DNA of 64,000 bases from Squalus acanthias (GCA_030390025.1 CM059433.1:21020001-21084000); one strand, 5' to 3'; shown: positions 12,213 through 25,644, counted from the first letter of the stretch. The notes: generated by a model not told the origin, from the sequence alone. Numbers and translations: made by a program.

Positions 12213-12658
12213 TATTGAGTAGATTGGGCCTATACTCTCTGGAGTTTAGAAGAATTAGAGGTGATCTCATTGAAACATATAAGATTCTTGGAGGGCTTGA
12301 CAGGGTAGATGCTGAGAGGTTGTTTCCCTTGGCTGGAGAGTCCAGTACTAGGGGGCATAGTCTCAGGATAAGGGGTCGGCCATTTAAGACTGAGATGAGG
12401 AGGAATTTCTTCACATAGAGGGTTGTGAATCTTGGGAACTCTCTACCCCAGAGAGCTGTGGATGTTGAGTCATTGAATATATTCAAGGCTGAGATAGATA
12501 GACTTTTGGACTCTGGGGGAATGAAGGAATATGGGGATTGGGCGGGAAAGTGGAGTTGAGATTGAAGATCAGCCATGATCTTATTGAATGGCGGAGCAGG
12601 CTCGAGGGGCCGTATGGCCTTACTTCTGCTCCTATTTCTTATGTTTTTATTTTCTTAT
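12213..12658 (+). mobile_element. CR1 LINE 3' end (younger)
   Basis: LSRLGLYSLEFRRIRGDLIETYKIL...RRNFF, followed by a 3' UTR and TTCTTATG-type tail. Confidence 0.92.
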
Positions 12659-13026
12659 AAAAAATGCAAAGCGCTGGGGTTCATTTCTAGAGGGATAGAA
12701 TTGAAAAGCAGAGAAGTTATGTTAAACTTGTTGACCACACTTGGAGTACTGTGAACAGTTCTGGTCTCAATAGTATAAAAAGGATGTAGAGGCACTGGAG
12801 AAGGTGAAAAAAATATTTACTAGGATGATACCAGAACTGAGAGGTTATACTTATAAGGAAAGAATGAACAGGCTGGGGCACCTTTCTCTACAAAAGGGAA
12901 GACTGAGGGGTGACATGATAGAGGTCTTCAAGATTATGTAAGGGTTTGATAGGGTAGACTTAGAGAAGGTGTTTCCACTTGCGGACGAGATCAGAACTAG
13001 GGGCCATAAATATAAGTTAGTCACTA
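12659..13026 (+). mobile_element. CR1 ORF2 fragment (different, older subfamily)
   Basis: GACCACACTTGGAGTACTGT (RPHLEYC) and GGTGACATGATAGAGGTCTTCAAG (GDMIEVFK). Confidence 0.8.
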
Positions 13027-14004
13027 ATGTACGCTGACGACACTCAACTCTACCTCACCACCACTTCTCTCGACCTCTCCATGGTCTCTAAATTGTCAGA
13101 CTGCTTGTCCGACATCCAGTTCTGGATGAGCAGAAATTTTCTCCAATTAAATATTGGGAAGATCGAAGCCATTGTTTTCGGTCCCCGCCACAAACTCCGT
13201 TCCCTAGACACTGACTCCATCCCTCTCCCCAACATCTGTCTGAGGCTGAGCCACACTGTTCGCAATCTTGGTGTCATATTTGACCCTGAAATGAGCTTCC
13301 GACCACATATCCACAGCATAACTAAGACCACATATTTCCACCTCCGTAACGTCGCCCGTCTCCGCCCTTGCCTCAGCTCATGTGCTGCTGAAACCCTCAT
13401 CCATGCCTTTGTTACCTCTAGACTTTACTATTCCAACACACTCCTGGCTGGCCTCCCATATTCTACCCTACGTAAATTTGAGGTGATCCAAAACTCGGCT
13501 GCCCGTGTCCTAACTCACACCAACTCCCGTTCACCCATCACCCCTGTGCTCACTGACCTACATTGGCTCCCAGTTAAGCAGTGCCTCAATTTCAAAATTC
13601 TCACCCTTGTTTTCAAATCCCTCCATGGCCTCGCCCCTCCCTATCTCTAATCTCCTCCAGCCACACAACGTCCCTCCCCCCACCCCGAGATATCTGCGCT
13701 ACTCTAATTCTGCCCTCTTGAGCATCCCTGATTATAATCGCTCAACCATTGGTGGCCATGCCTTCTGTTGCCGAGGCCCTAAACTCTGGAATTCCCTCCC
13801 TAAACTTCTCCGCCTTGCTACCTCTCTTTCCTCCTTTAAGACGCTCCTTAAAACCTACCTCTTTGACCAAGCTTTTGGTCACCTGCCCTAATTTCTCCTT
13901 ATGTGGCTCGGTGTCAAATTTTTTGTCTTATAATACTCCTGTGAAGTGCCTTGGGATGTTTTACGTTAAAGGCGCTATATAAATACAAGTTGTTGTTGTT
14001 GTTG
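13027..14004 (+). mobile_element. L2 LINE 3' portion
   Basis: ORF 13027-13650 reads MYADDTQLY...NLGVIFD...LHWLPV...LHGLAPPYL. Ends in a (GTT)n tail. Confidence 0.93.
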
Positions 14005-14916
14005 TAATACTACTATGCAAGTGTTTGGATGAAGTAACCAAGCTTATTGAAGGCAGTTCTCACAATGGAGGAGGTGTGAGAGTTCTACTTAAAGTGAGAG
14101 TAGATAGTAAAGCAAGAATGTTGAGAGATGATCAGATGCTGTCATACATCAGGACAGTAATGTTTGAGTAGTTTATAAAGTTATCGGAGTCTGATCTTTT
14201 TGTTACATCCTCTTAACACACGTTAAAAATCTGCTTTATGGAATGTTTCTCATTACAACTGGAAGGGGACGGTGATATTTCAGAGGTCGGTCTTATTTTC
14301 TTCTGTATCTGTTTGTTGCTGTTATTTTTACTGTTGGGAAGCACACCGGAAGTAGATTCACTGGTGCTATTCAGATACACTGCATTGTGACAAACAAATA
14401 AGGTGACGTAGCGAATGTGTAACCGACACTATGGAGTTCCAAAACTATGTTTGGAGTGTAGCATTGTGCTTTATATAATTATATCAATATAAAACCTACA
14501 ATAATTAGACTGTTTCGTTTTGTATTTACGGAAACTATTAATATCAGATTAGGTTATACATGCAAAGCATTTTACCTGGATGATGGTTAATATTCTGAAA
14601 TACAAGATCAGAAATTATTGTTGGGAATATTGATGGGCAAACACTTAAAATGTTTGTGTGACCTTCCACTGGTATTTTAAATGGGTTACTATCTCCTTTG
14701 CAGCAGCAGACATTGGAATGCCATATGAACATTAAACATTCATCTGCCAATATCACCAAAAATAATTTCTGACCTATTGTTACCAATGCTGCAATTTTGC
14801 ATATAGTAGGAGCTGGACCTTATAGCTGACAACTGTTAATTTAAAAAAATCATAGTACAGTAATAGTGTGCACTTGACACTGACTGCAAAATAATCTGGT
14901 GCATCAGTGAGATATG

Positions 14917-15812
14917 GGGGTAGAAATTAGGTCGCGCCCCATTTGGGGCGCAAATATCGTCCGGACGCAAATATTAGCGCCTGGCGCTAATTATCGGCAC
15001 TGACGGGAAACTTCACTTTTACCGCCCCGGGAGGTGAGTGGAGCGCTAAAGCAGGCGCTGCACACCTCTCTTAAGGCGCAAAGGCCGAGCAGTGAGGCGC
15101 TAACTCGGAGCGCTGGCGAAGCTCATGTAATGTCAGTCAGCAATGGAACACACACACAATGGCACGGGCCAGTTCTTAAAGGGGATGGTTAATCTTGCTT
15201 TCCATCCACATCCTGTTCATTGCTGCCTTGAATCTCGGCCTGGAGAGACTTGCACATCAAATGTGCTGGAAAGAACAATGGAGAGCACCAGGCAAAGAGC
15301 TCAGAGTGCAGCTCCCACGGACTCTGCTAAATCGATACAAGGAATGGCAAATCAAAATGAACCTGCAAAGTGCTGCTCAGTACCCAAAAACTCCTGCACA
15401 CAACGTTGAATCTCTCCAGAAGTCTCTCCCTCTCTCTCTCAGAATGCGTAGTTCAAAAATGCCACCAACAATAAAAGACAGGAAGAGGCCCCCTTTAAAT
15501 AGCGCCCCCCCCCCAGCCCCACAGCGATTGATAGCGTTCCAGTCTTCTGGTCGTTGGAAGCGCCAGGCGGTAAGGCAGGGGGCGCCACTCAATTTCCGCT
15601 ACGGGGCGCCCCAAGGGCGTTGCACCATGGAATGACGTCACAATCTGCGCACGCAGGTGGTCGCAGCGGTAAGTTTTAGCGCCGCCGCACAATCTCAAGT
15701 TAAGTTCTCGAGCGGCGCAAACATCGCTGCGCCCGGGCGTTAGCGGCTTTGCGCCCCATTAGCGCCCTCTTAAGGCGCTAACGGGTGGCGCAACCAAGTG
15801 AATTTTTACCCC
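14917..15812. mobile_element. PIF/Harbinger-type non-autonomous element (family H2)
   Basis: TIRs GGGGTAGAAATT / AATTTTTACCCC with TSD ATG (14914-14916, 15813-15815). Dense subterminal GGCGCTA/TAGCGCC motifs. Confidence 0.85.
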
Positions 15813-17699
15813 ATGGTGTTTTAAAGAGTTATTCTATCAGGATTCTGTATCGTGATGAAAACCGCACCCATTATTAGTACGTGTAATATGACATTGACTG
15901 TTGTCATTAAGGGTTCAGTTGTCCTGTGCAGGACTTCACTGAAAGGTAGCACGGAAGATTCAAGTTACAGTCAGCCAATGGAATACAGTGACATTTTACA
16001 GACATGAGATTCTTTTCCATTTGATCATTATTTCTATTCACATCTACCTCTAAAAACATTGCCCATAGTAGAAACAGAACTATCATGCAGTGCTGTGTTC
16101 TTTAATAGCTACTAGCATGACAAATTGTTTTCCTCCTATACATTAAATGGGAATAACAATGAAAAATACAATGCTTTAGTTGCATTTGGTCACTTTTTTT
16201 TGATAACTTTTTATTTTCAAATTCATTCTTTGTATTAATTCACATTGATTAACAATGGACCATCTCTCTATCGCTTTTGAATGCAGCACTAAAAAAAACT
16301 ATATGTTATCAGTGGCTATTTACCACTTTTATTAAAATGCTTTCTGGTTAGACGCTATACCATTGGGCATCCCATTGGATTTTAACATGGCTCGGAGCTC
16401 ATGACAACGGTGTGCTAAATAATTATGATTTTCTAGTGTATCTGGTATAAGGCAGGGAATAAATATAAATCCAGACCAGAATTCAATAAAGAAAAAAATA
16501 GCTTTTTCCAGTTTCTTGTAAGAAAGTAATGGTTTCTGCTCCTATCAGGTCTTTGATATCATCCATTCCTGAAAAGTGCAGTGTCTGTGAGGCGCTGTAG
16601 TCATCCTTTAATTTGTCTTTCTTTTCTGGAGTATTCGACAACCTTAAATGGCACCTTCTTTTTACACTTGGCTGTGCATATCTAATGTTGTTGTTATTTC
16701 CAGGTTATACACTACAGCTAATTACTTACTACAGTGTTATTTAATTCTCCGTGTGGCTATTTACCTTGGGTAATAGGTTTTATTTCCCCCTTCTTTTGCA
16801 TTTTTCTCCCATTACACGCTAATCGTTAAGCTACAAGAGAAATCCCATGCATGCTGACAACATGGAATCTGACAGATATCATTGCTAGTGCACCAAGACA
16901 CATTTTCAAACAGTGCTTTCAAACAGTAGTCATATTTAAGAACATTCAAATAGAAAGATTAGTTCCATACGACTACCTCATTCAGCTGAGGTAATTTGTA
17001 CTTTTATCCAGCACTTTGATCTGACAGAAAGTATTCTGGGCTAATGACAGCGCCTTAGAAATTGCATGTGTCAGACTGGCTAAACCAGTCAGCTGCTTTG
17101 CTCTTTTGAGTTTGGTTGACTTGCAAAAGGCACTTCAGGATTATATTCCATGTAACTGGAAATGACTTGGATTTTGTGCTTATTTTAAATATTTATAGTT
17201 TTCCTTAATACCCATTGGCTAAGCTCTCCTTATTTCTCACATGAAAATATTACCAGCAAACATCAGACCTTTAGGCAAGAAGGCTGTGCCGCATTCCTTC
17301 ATGTTCTTTGTGAACAGATGAGGAACTGTAGGGTTCCATCATACATTAATAGGAGACTGGCTCGATGTGAAGCCCAGATGTACTACTTTTCTGACAGATA
17401 TGCCTCATTCTCTGTTGTGATAAGTGCTGCAGTTTAAACACCTGGAGCTTTTGATTCAATCGTTAATTTGCTCTGACAGAGTTGTTGATTTATCCGAAAG
17501 TACATTTTGCAGTGCTTCACATTTCTCTCCTTAATTATTTTTTTGTCAAATAGACACTTAAAGGGAAACTCCAGGCAGCACAGTCATTACCCTCTTAATT
17601 AAAATGTTTAGAACACAACCCTACCTGTCATTGCAGTTGACTGGAACCAAAATATGTTTTCTCTTTAAATTGCAGTACAACAAAGAGTAGACAGATTTA

Positions 17700-18480
17700 G
17701 ATCTTTTACCCAGCAATTTTCTGTCAAAATAACGGTGAGGTTAATGGTGCTCACCTATTTATGCGTAAATGGCACAGCAACTTCAGGCAAGGGGCCGATC
17801 CACGGTTAAATGCGAATATCCGAAAGTTGCTGTCCACTCCATCGTTAGCTTTGCCAGAACAGCATCTCGCTGTCTGGCTCACCATTGAACTGCATTGAAT
17901 GTTGTGAAGTTGCTGTATTTGCGCGGTAGATATGAACTAAACCCACCGCAGATATTTAGGGCTAGTAATTAGTAACATAAGTACCCTTTCAACAACGTGA
18001 TAAGTGTTAATGACTGCCAATCAACCTCTTTGGCACCAAATATTTTTAACTATTATAAATGTGAAGTCTCATTCCTTCAGGTTGTGAAATGTTTTAAGAG
18101 ATTTTAAAAATGTCAAATTTTAAATTCTAATTTTTTTTTTACTTTTCCTTTCTGTCTCTTTTTTTTCTCTCTCACAATCCAACCTTTCTTTTCCTCTCTT
18201 TATTTCTCATTCTGTACCTGATTTGACATTGAATTCACCCACTCTAATTCGCCCTCCCTTCTCAGTCCTTCCTCTGTTTATTACTCAATCCTTTAATCTG
18301 ACTGGTTAAGGCGATGCACTGTTGTTTGGCCTGTTCAATCAGGTTCCAGATGCCCTGTTTCCCTCGGTGTGCCGTTATCAGCTCGCACTTTCAGCAACTT
18401 AGTGGGCAAAACAATTTTGAGCTGAAGGGTGCAGGGGCAAGTCTAACTAATGGCAGACACCGTTAGATGCCCTGCTACCT
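17700..18480. mobile_element. Non-autonomous DNA-transposon-like repeat (family H3)
   Basis: 17940-18435 aligns with 56650-57120 (shared AATGACTGCCAATCAACCTCT, TTCCTTCAGGT and TTTTGAGCTGAAGGGTGCAGG). Ends are approximate. Confidence 0.65.
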
Positions 18481-19093
18481 TGATATTGCAGCACTAACAG
18501 GGCACTACTTATGATCTTATTGTACTGGATTTTTGCACCATATTTATAGCAGTATAATTACATGCAAAATCCCGATATCAAGTCATTAAATCCAGTGTAG
18601 CTCTGACTGCTTCACCACCATGAGAACCACACAAGATGGTGATTTGATGGTGGCTTTGTAACCAGCTTTGGGCATCATGCAGACCACAACAGGATGCATA
18701 TTGGCCATCCAGATAAAATCATAAAATTTTACAGCACAGAAGGAGCCATTCGGCCCATCATGCCTGTGCTGGCTTTCTTTCAGGCTGCGCAGGTTGTGAA
18801 ACAAGGTCACCAATGTAGTTATGTGGTGCTAAAAAAAATGTATACTATCAACAGTGGTGAAGAGTAAAGAAATGCAGCAGATCTGATATGGTTATTCTGC
18901 AGTGAAAATCTTGGACCCAATTTTGAATTCTACTAAGGGTAGCCAAAAGATCTCTTCTCTGGGTAGTTGTGGCCCACAACCTTTTGCTGTCATTATTAAT
19001 AGATTTGCATTTGCCCTATTCAGAGCTGGGTTACTCTCTGAATAAGAGGCCCATTAGTTCTATCTCTAGATGTTAATGGCAATAACCATACTT

Positions 19094-19546
19094 AGAAAGA
19101 AAGACTTGCATTTATATAGTGCCTTTTACAACCACCGGACGTCTCAAAGAGCTTTACAGCCAATGAGGTACTTTTGAAGTGTAGTCACTGTTGTAATGTA
19201 GGAAACGTGGCAGCCAATTTGCACACAGCAAGCTCCCACAAACAGCAATGTAATAAAGACCAGATAACCTGTTTCTGTTATGTTGATTGAGGGATAAATA
19301 TTGGCCAGGACACCGGGGATAACTCCTCTGCTCTTCTTTGAAATAGTGCCATCCACCTGAGAGAGCAGACGGGGCCGTGGTTTAATGTCTCATCCGAAAG
19401 ACAGCACCTCTGACAGTGCAGCACTCCCTCAGCACTGCACTGGAGTGTCAGCCTAGCTTTATGTGCTCAAGTCCCTGGAGTCAGACTTGAACCCACAACC
19501 TTCTAACTCAGGAAGTGAGTGTGCTACCCACTGAGCCACAGCTGAC
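19094..19546 (-). mobile_element. Full-length tRNA-derived Deu-domain SINE with L2 tail (SacSINE1-like)
   Basis: A box TGGCTCAGTGG, B box GGTTCAAGTC, central GGATGAGAC...GGCACTATTT...GTGTCCTGGCCAA domain, and tail TATATAAATGCAAGT(CTTT)n shared with L2. Confidence 0.88.
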
Positions 19547-21299
19547 ACTACATTCAAAGCCTAAATTTAGAATGCTGTTCAGCCATTTGAAAGTTATTTT
19601 TTTACTGTTCATGCATCTTATATTTGTAACTTTTCTAAAACTGTACCATCGTACTTGTTCTATTGCAACTAAGGGCCCCCATGATTTATTATACATTCTC
19701 ATGTGCATCAGAGCCACCATTTACATATCAACGTACTAATGCATCCAACTCCTTCATTTGGTAGACAATGTACAAGTAGATATAGCATTGACGTAACCAG
19801 CTTCTGCTGGCCGTGTACACTAGATATTCCGCTATGTGTAAAACATAAGGCAACACTGCATTGCACAGGCATGTACATGCTGAGTTACTCAGTATAGGTG
19901 TCTTTGGACATATGCTGACACTCTGGGCTTTGGGGAAGCTAGTGCATTTAATGTTGTGCAGTCTATTTAACTGGGCAAGCAATACAGATGGGCTTTTTGC
20001 TCACACCAGCAGGTTAGACAACTCCATCTGTGAATTACGTTCCTCACAAAGGTTCCCAGTTAATTTTTAGTGTGTTCTTGTAGACAACAAAAAAGTACCT
20101 TTATTGTCATGAGAATTCACCAAAGTGTTAATACATTTTGATTCAAGGTGTACATAAGGGAGGAAGGAATAGAAGGATGTGCAGATAGGGTGAGATGAAG
20201 TAGGGTGGGAGCAGGCTCGTGTGGAGCATAAACACCGGCATGGACCGGTTAGGACAAATGGCCTGTTTCTGTGCTGTAAATTCTATGTATACTATCAGGA
20301 AATTCAACAAGGTCATGTATAATTGGATTTAAAAAATGTCATTTTGAATTTATTTGTCAACTTACATTTAGCAAATTTGTCTCTCTGTTTCTCTTTTTCT
20401 AGTTCCTCTCTCTTCTTGCTTTTATTCTTAAAAGAGTCACTTTTCTTCAGTGGTTTGGCTGCACTCTCTGACGACTGCCTTTTTCTCCTCACAACAAGCT
20501 CTTTTCTGTGTTTTTACTACTCCCAAAGCTTTGACTTTCAACAGAGAGATGTAACTACTTAGATACAGAATTGCCCTCAATTTAATTTTACAGTTTTCTT
20601 CAACCTTTTTCCTGCTGTACATATTAAACCGGAGTCTCAATTTCAGACCATTCTGCCAAAAACTCTGGAAAAAAATATAGAACTCATCCAAGGTGGAATC
20701 TAATGAAATGGTTGCTGAGATTCACTTATGGAAAATTATCCCCCCAAAAATCCATGGAAAAAGCATGATTTATCAGGTTATTGTTCATTTGGAGCAGATT
20801 TCTCATCATATATGAGAATATGGGAAGTAAGCTTTTAGAAACTCATAAAATTATGTTTTCTTTCTGCAGTTCACTGAACATTTATACTTGCACCATAATC
20901 GGGAGATATATACTGCTGCTGTTAGTACTGAATAATTACTTTCTTCATTCAGTACCCTCCAAATTCCATAAATGTGCCACATAAATCAGTGAGGGCAAAT
21001 TACAACTAATGTTTGTCTCTTTAAGTGATATATAGGGCACAGGAGGTATCTGGTGTCCCCATATGACTGCCTTCGCTTCTTTACCCAATGCCAGCATTAA
21101 TCATATTCCTGCTGATCCTATAAGAAACATTTCTGAGTACCAGTTTCTGGCTTGATATTCAGTTAGAAATATTAAGTTTATGCTGTGCTTTCTTTCAAAT
21201 CTATGCCAACTGCAGGATGCTCCTTCCTGTAACTAATATTGATCACCGTTTTCCATTGGATGTCAGTTCCCACTATATTACTTTTGTCAGATTCCACGG

Positions 21300-21405
21300 A
21301 AGGTTGAAGACTCACCACCACCTTCTCAAGGGCAACTCGGGATGGGCAATAAATGCTGGCCTTGCCAGCGATGCCCAAATCCCGGGAATGAATATTTCAA
21401 GAAAA
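21300..21405 (+). mobile_element. LINE 3' terminal fragment, same family as 1445-2612
   Basis: AAGGGCAACTCGGGATGGGCAATAAATGCTGGCCTTGCCAGCGA matches 2545-2590. Confidence 0.7.
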
Positions 21406-21616
21406 GGAGGCTTGAATTGCTTAGGTACAGTATGGCCAAAATGAATACTCTCTTTGTGGTTAGGCAACAGAAACATACCAAAAGGAGAAAGGCTTTTGCT
21501 GGATGTATCTAAACTGCTGCATTTCCCTTTCAATCTTTATTGCACATTGTTCCCTCGTGGAAGTGGTAGAGAGTGAGGAAGTCAGTCCACAAATCATCAT
21601 CTTCAATCATCATCAA

Positions 21617-22399
21617 GCAAATTATTATTTAAATGGAGAGAGATTACAAAATGCTACAGTTCAGAGGGACCTGGGGGTCCTTGTGCATGAAACACAAAAA
21701 GTTAGCATGTAGGTACAGCAAGTAATCAAAAAGGCAAATGGAATGTTGGCCTTTATTGCAAGGGGGTTGGAGTATAAAAGCAGGGAAGTCCTGCTACAAC
21801 TGTACAGGGTATTGGTGAGACCACACCTTGAGTACTGCGTACAGTTTTGGTCTCCTTATTTAAGGAAGGATATACTTGCATTGGAGGCAGTTCAGAGACG
21901 ATTCACTAGGTTAATTCCAGAGATGAGGGGGTTGACTTATGAAGAAAGGTTGAGCAGGTTGGGCCTATACACATTGGAATTTAGAAGAATGAGAGGTGAT
22001 CTTATTGAAACATATAAGATACTGAGGGGGCTCGACAAGGTAGATGCAGAGAGGATGTTTCCCCTCATAAGGAAATCTAGAACTCGGGGGCACAGTTTCA
22101 GAATAAAGGGTCGCCCTTTTAGAACTGAGATGAGGAGGAATTTCTTCTCTCAGAGGGGTGTAAATCTGTGGAATTCTCTGCCCCAGAAAGCCGTGGAGGC
22201 TGGGTCATTAAATACATTTAAGGTGGAGATAGACAGATTTTTGCAAGATAAGGGAGTGAAGGGTTATGGGGAGCGGGCAGGGATGTGGCTTTGAGCCCAA
22301 GATCAGCCATGATCTTATTGATTGGCGGAGCAGGCTCGAGGGGCCAAGTGGCCTATTCCTGCTCCTATTTCTTATGTTCTTATGTTCTTATGTTCTTAT
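21617..22399 (+). mobile_element. CR1 LINE 3' portion (young)
   Basis: ORF 21743-22294 reads LYRVLVRPHLEYCVQFWSP...TRGH...WNSLP. Ends in a (TTCTTATG)n tail. Confidence 0.95.
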
Positions 22400-23181
22400 C
22401 TTCCTGCCAGTTTCACAAGGATAAAATACATCAAGAAGGAAAGACATCAGTTGTGACACATCAATAAAAATATCCTTCCTCAGGATTTGCTCTACATCTG
22501 CACCAATGAATTGGAGAGACATCAAAAATGGGTTTTTACACTGCTCGTTACAGAATTATTTGTTTTAAAAGATAAAAAGAAGTCATTAAAAAGTAAAAAC
22601 TTGACACTTTAGTGCTCTTTCGGCAATATCTTTAGAAGTGACAAAAATTCTGAAGTAAGCTATTAAATAACTGTAAAATATAGGGCTGCTTAAGTAAGTG
22701 AAATTGAAAATGAACAAAACCCTTAGGCCACAGCCAGAATAATCTCAATTATAGACAGTCAAAAATCAAAGATGAACTTATCATTGGCATCTGGCTGTCT
22801 ATACTTGAAGTTACTCAGGCCAGGAATGTCCACTCTTTTGGAGCTGGGACTAGATACACGTCACAACCAATAAACGGGTGCATATGATTTTGTAGAAAAG
22901 GTCCCATCCACAAATTATAAAGCTTCCCAAATAAAAAAATTAAACTCCACACACACAAAAATGAAATCCCCATATCCTGATGCAAAATGTTGGCTCCTGA
23001 TTGGTCTAAGTCCACCAATCCGGGAAATTGCCTTGTACAATCCTCCAAGCTCAAAGAATGTAAAGAGCTGAACTGTAATCTAAATCAGCCTTGCACTTAA
23101 ACACACTGAGCAAGACACTGGTAGGGGCTTCACGGACAAGATGAAGCTTGAGGGTCAGATCTGCCATGTGTTAGACACCGA

Positions 23182-23375
23182 GGGCTGGATTTTACCAGCC
23201 CTGAGGAGGCGGGTCTGGAGGTGGGACTGCTGGGGAAATCAAAAAGAATGGGAACGGGTCCTGAACCCGCTCCCAACCCACCTCCAACCAATCTTCCTGG
23301 GAGTCGGGTCCCCGATTTGCGCAGGGTCCCGACTCCTGGAGGCGGGAAGAGGATTACAGCCACTTAACTGCCTGT
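23182..23375 (+). mobile_element. Truncated left end of family H1
   Basis: GGGCTGGATTTTACCAGCCCTGAGGAGGCGGG matches the termini at 8406 and 30624. Confidence 0.8.
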
Positions 23376-23467
23376 GATATCGGTCAATGGAGACCATGAT
23401 GGTGAAATTTTGCTATCGCATGGTGAAATTAGTCTTGGGCGGTAGTGAATGAGCAGTCTGTTTAACA

Positions 23468-24211
23468 TAAATAAAAACAGAAAATGCTGGAAACACTTAG
23501 CAGGTCAGTCAGTATCTGTGGAGAGAGAACAGAGTTAACGTTTCAGGTCAATGACCTTTCGTCAGAACTGGAAAAAGTTAGAGATGTAAAAGATTGTAAG
23601 CAAGTGCAGGGGCAGGGAAAGGGGGGAGGGGAGGAAAGAACAAAAGGGAAGGTCTGTGATAGGATGGAAGGCAGGAGTGATTAAATGACAAAAGGTATGA
23701 TTGTACAAAGCAAAAGGAGATGGTAATGGGACAGATAAAGAAACAAAAGATCAGTCTAGAAGAGGTGTAAATGGAAATGGCAGAATTATCAACAGCTGCC
23801 ATCTGAAAAAATAGGGGCAGAGGTTATGGTCTGAAATTGTTGAACTCGATGTTGAGTACAGAAGGCTGTAAAGTGCCTAATCCAAAGATGAGGTGTTGTT
23901 CCTTGAGCTTACGTTGAGCTTCATTGGAACAGTGGAGGAGGCCGAAGACCGAGAAGTCTGAGTGGGAGTGGAGTGGAGAATTAAAGTGACAGGCGACCGG
24001 AAGCTCGGGGTCATGCTTACGGACTGAACGGAGGTGTTCTGCAAAGCAGTCACCCAACCTGCATTTGGTCTCCCCAATGTAGAGGAGACCGCATCGTGAG
24101 CAGCGAACACAGTATACTAAATTGCAAGAAAATCGCTGTTTCACCTGGAAGGATTGTTTGGGGCCCTGGACAGTGGGAAGGGAGGAGGTAAAAGGGCAGG
24201 TGTTGCATCTA
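23468..24211 (-). mobile_element. 5'-truncated PLE (diverged relative of the 46-51 kb element): GIY-YIG end + 3' pLTR
   Basis: ORF 23824-24219 reads RCNTCPF...LVYCVRCSRCGLLYIGETK...LNIEFNNFRP. The pLTR end is homologous to 51420-51483. TTTAACA is duplicated at 23461-23467 and 24212-24218. Confidence 0.9.
23533..23569 (-). ncRNA. Minimal hammerhead ribozyme
   Basis: Minus strand reads agtt-CTGACGA-a-AGGTC-att-GACCT-GAAAC-GTT-aact. Differences from the 48 kb copy fall only at core position 7, the helix II loop and the cleavage nucleotide. Confidence 0.85.
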
Positions 24212-25203
24212 TTTAACACCCTGCGTTTTTACTGAAGTGCCCTTTTTGCGCTACCACACAAGATCAATTGTACCCCCATGGTCTCCATCGGCCCCTTCCG
24301 CATTCTCCTGTCTTTTCTGAAAGAAGATTTTTAAAACAGATTCGTCCTAACTACCTAAAGTCCTAAAAAATATATAATACAGGAATTCCCATTTCCAAAA
24401 ATTCAAGCACTGCAAGGAAGTTCGTCCCTAATTTAAATTAATATCTGTTACTGTCTCAGCAAGTTGATTTCGGGAAATGAACTGAGCCGGACTTTTATTG
24501 AACAAACCTTTTGCTCGACAGTGGTGCAGCAGTTATGACTAATGCAGCTGTGGCCTTGGACTGCTCGCTGAGAGTCGTCTGGACAGATGGCTATTCATCA
24601 TTGGGATCAACAGGAGTTACAGAAAGGCCAACATACCACAGCTCGGATTTTGGATTAATATTGATCGTTTAATGAAGGGGAAATATAGCCAACCCCTTGG
24701 AGACAAAGGCATCTTCTAGAGAGGTTTCCGTGAAACCCACTGATTCCTCAGTATCATCACTCTTACTGTAACAGTCCAGAGGGAATACGCTGTGGGAGGT
24801 GGAGTTTTGTTCCCTCCAGGAAGAGATTTGTCAGGGGAGAAAGGGAAGAGAGAGAGTGAGACAGCAGGCGAAGTGCTGTTGCAATTACTGAATTTCATTA
24901 TTGTTGTCAATAATTATTAAATATATTTCATTCTATATACACAGACGCATTTGGAGCTTTTACAGAAGTTGGGACCCTGTTCTCCAATGCGTACAGGAGT
25001 CTTAACAACACAAGATAAAATGACTTTCTGATTTGATGATGAGCCATCCCTGCTATGTGGGCCAGTCCAATTGTAAATTCTCCACTGGACTACATAAATG
25101 TTACTGGATACCTAGACCATACCTATAATATCAAGTCCAGCTATCCTAGATGGTTAATAACAACAATATACTTCCCATTATAATTATTAGGTTCTAGAAT
25201 TTT

Positions 25204-25644
25204 AAAGAAAAGAAATAAAGCACTTTTCACAACCTTAGGAAGTTAATCGATTAAGTACTTTGGAAGCGTAGTCACTGTTGTAATGTAGGAAACGCAGCAG
25301 CCAATTGGTGCACAGCAAGATCCCACAAACAGCAAGATGATAGATAACCAGATAATCTATTTTGGTGATGTCAGTTGAGGGTTAAATATCAGCCAGGACA
25401 CTGGGGAGAACAGCCTGCTCTTCTTCACATAGCGTTGTGGAATCTTTCACATCCACCTGAGAGGGCAGACGGGGCCTCGGTTTAACGTTGCATCCAAAAG
25501 TCGACACCTCTGACAGTGCAACACTCCCTCGGTACTGCATTGAAGTGTCAGCCTAGATTATGTGCTCAATTCTCTGGAGTGGAACTTGAACTCACAAATA
25601 TCTGACTCAGAGGTGAATGTGCTACCCACTGAACCAAAGCTGAC
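25204..25644 (-). mobile_element. Deu-domain SINE
   Basis: Homologous to 19094-19546, including the tRNA-like head. Confidence 0.85.

Noticed and set aside
19470..19546. tRNA genes (also near 25580-25644, 39448 and 61239)
   Set aside because: These are SINE heads with A/B boxes that continue into the SINE body; no convincing cloverleaf.
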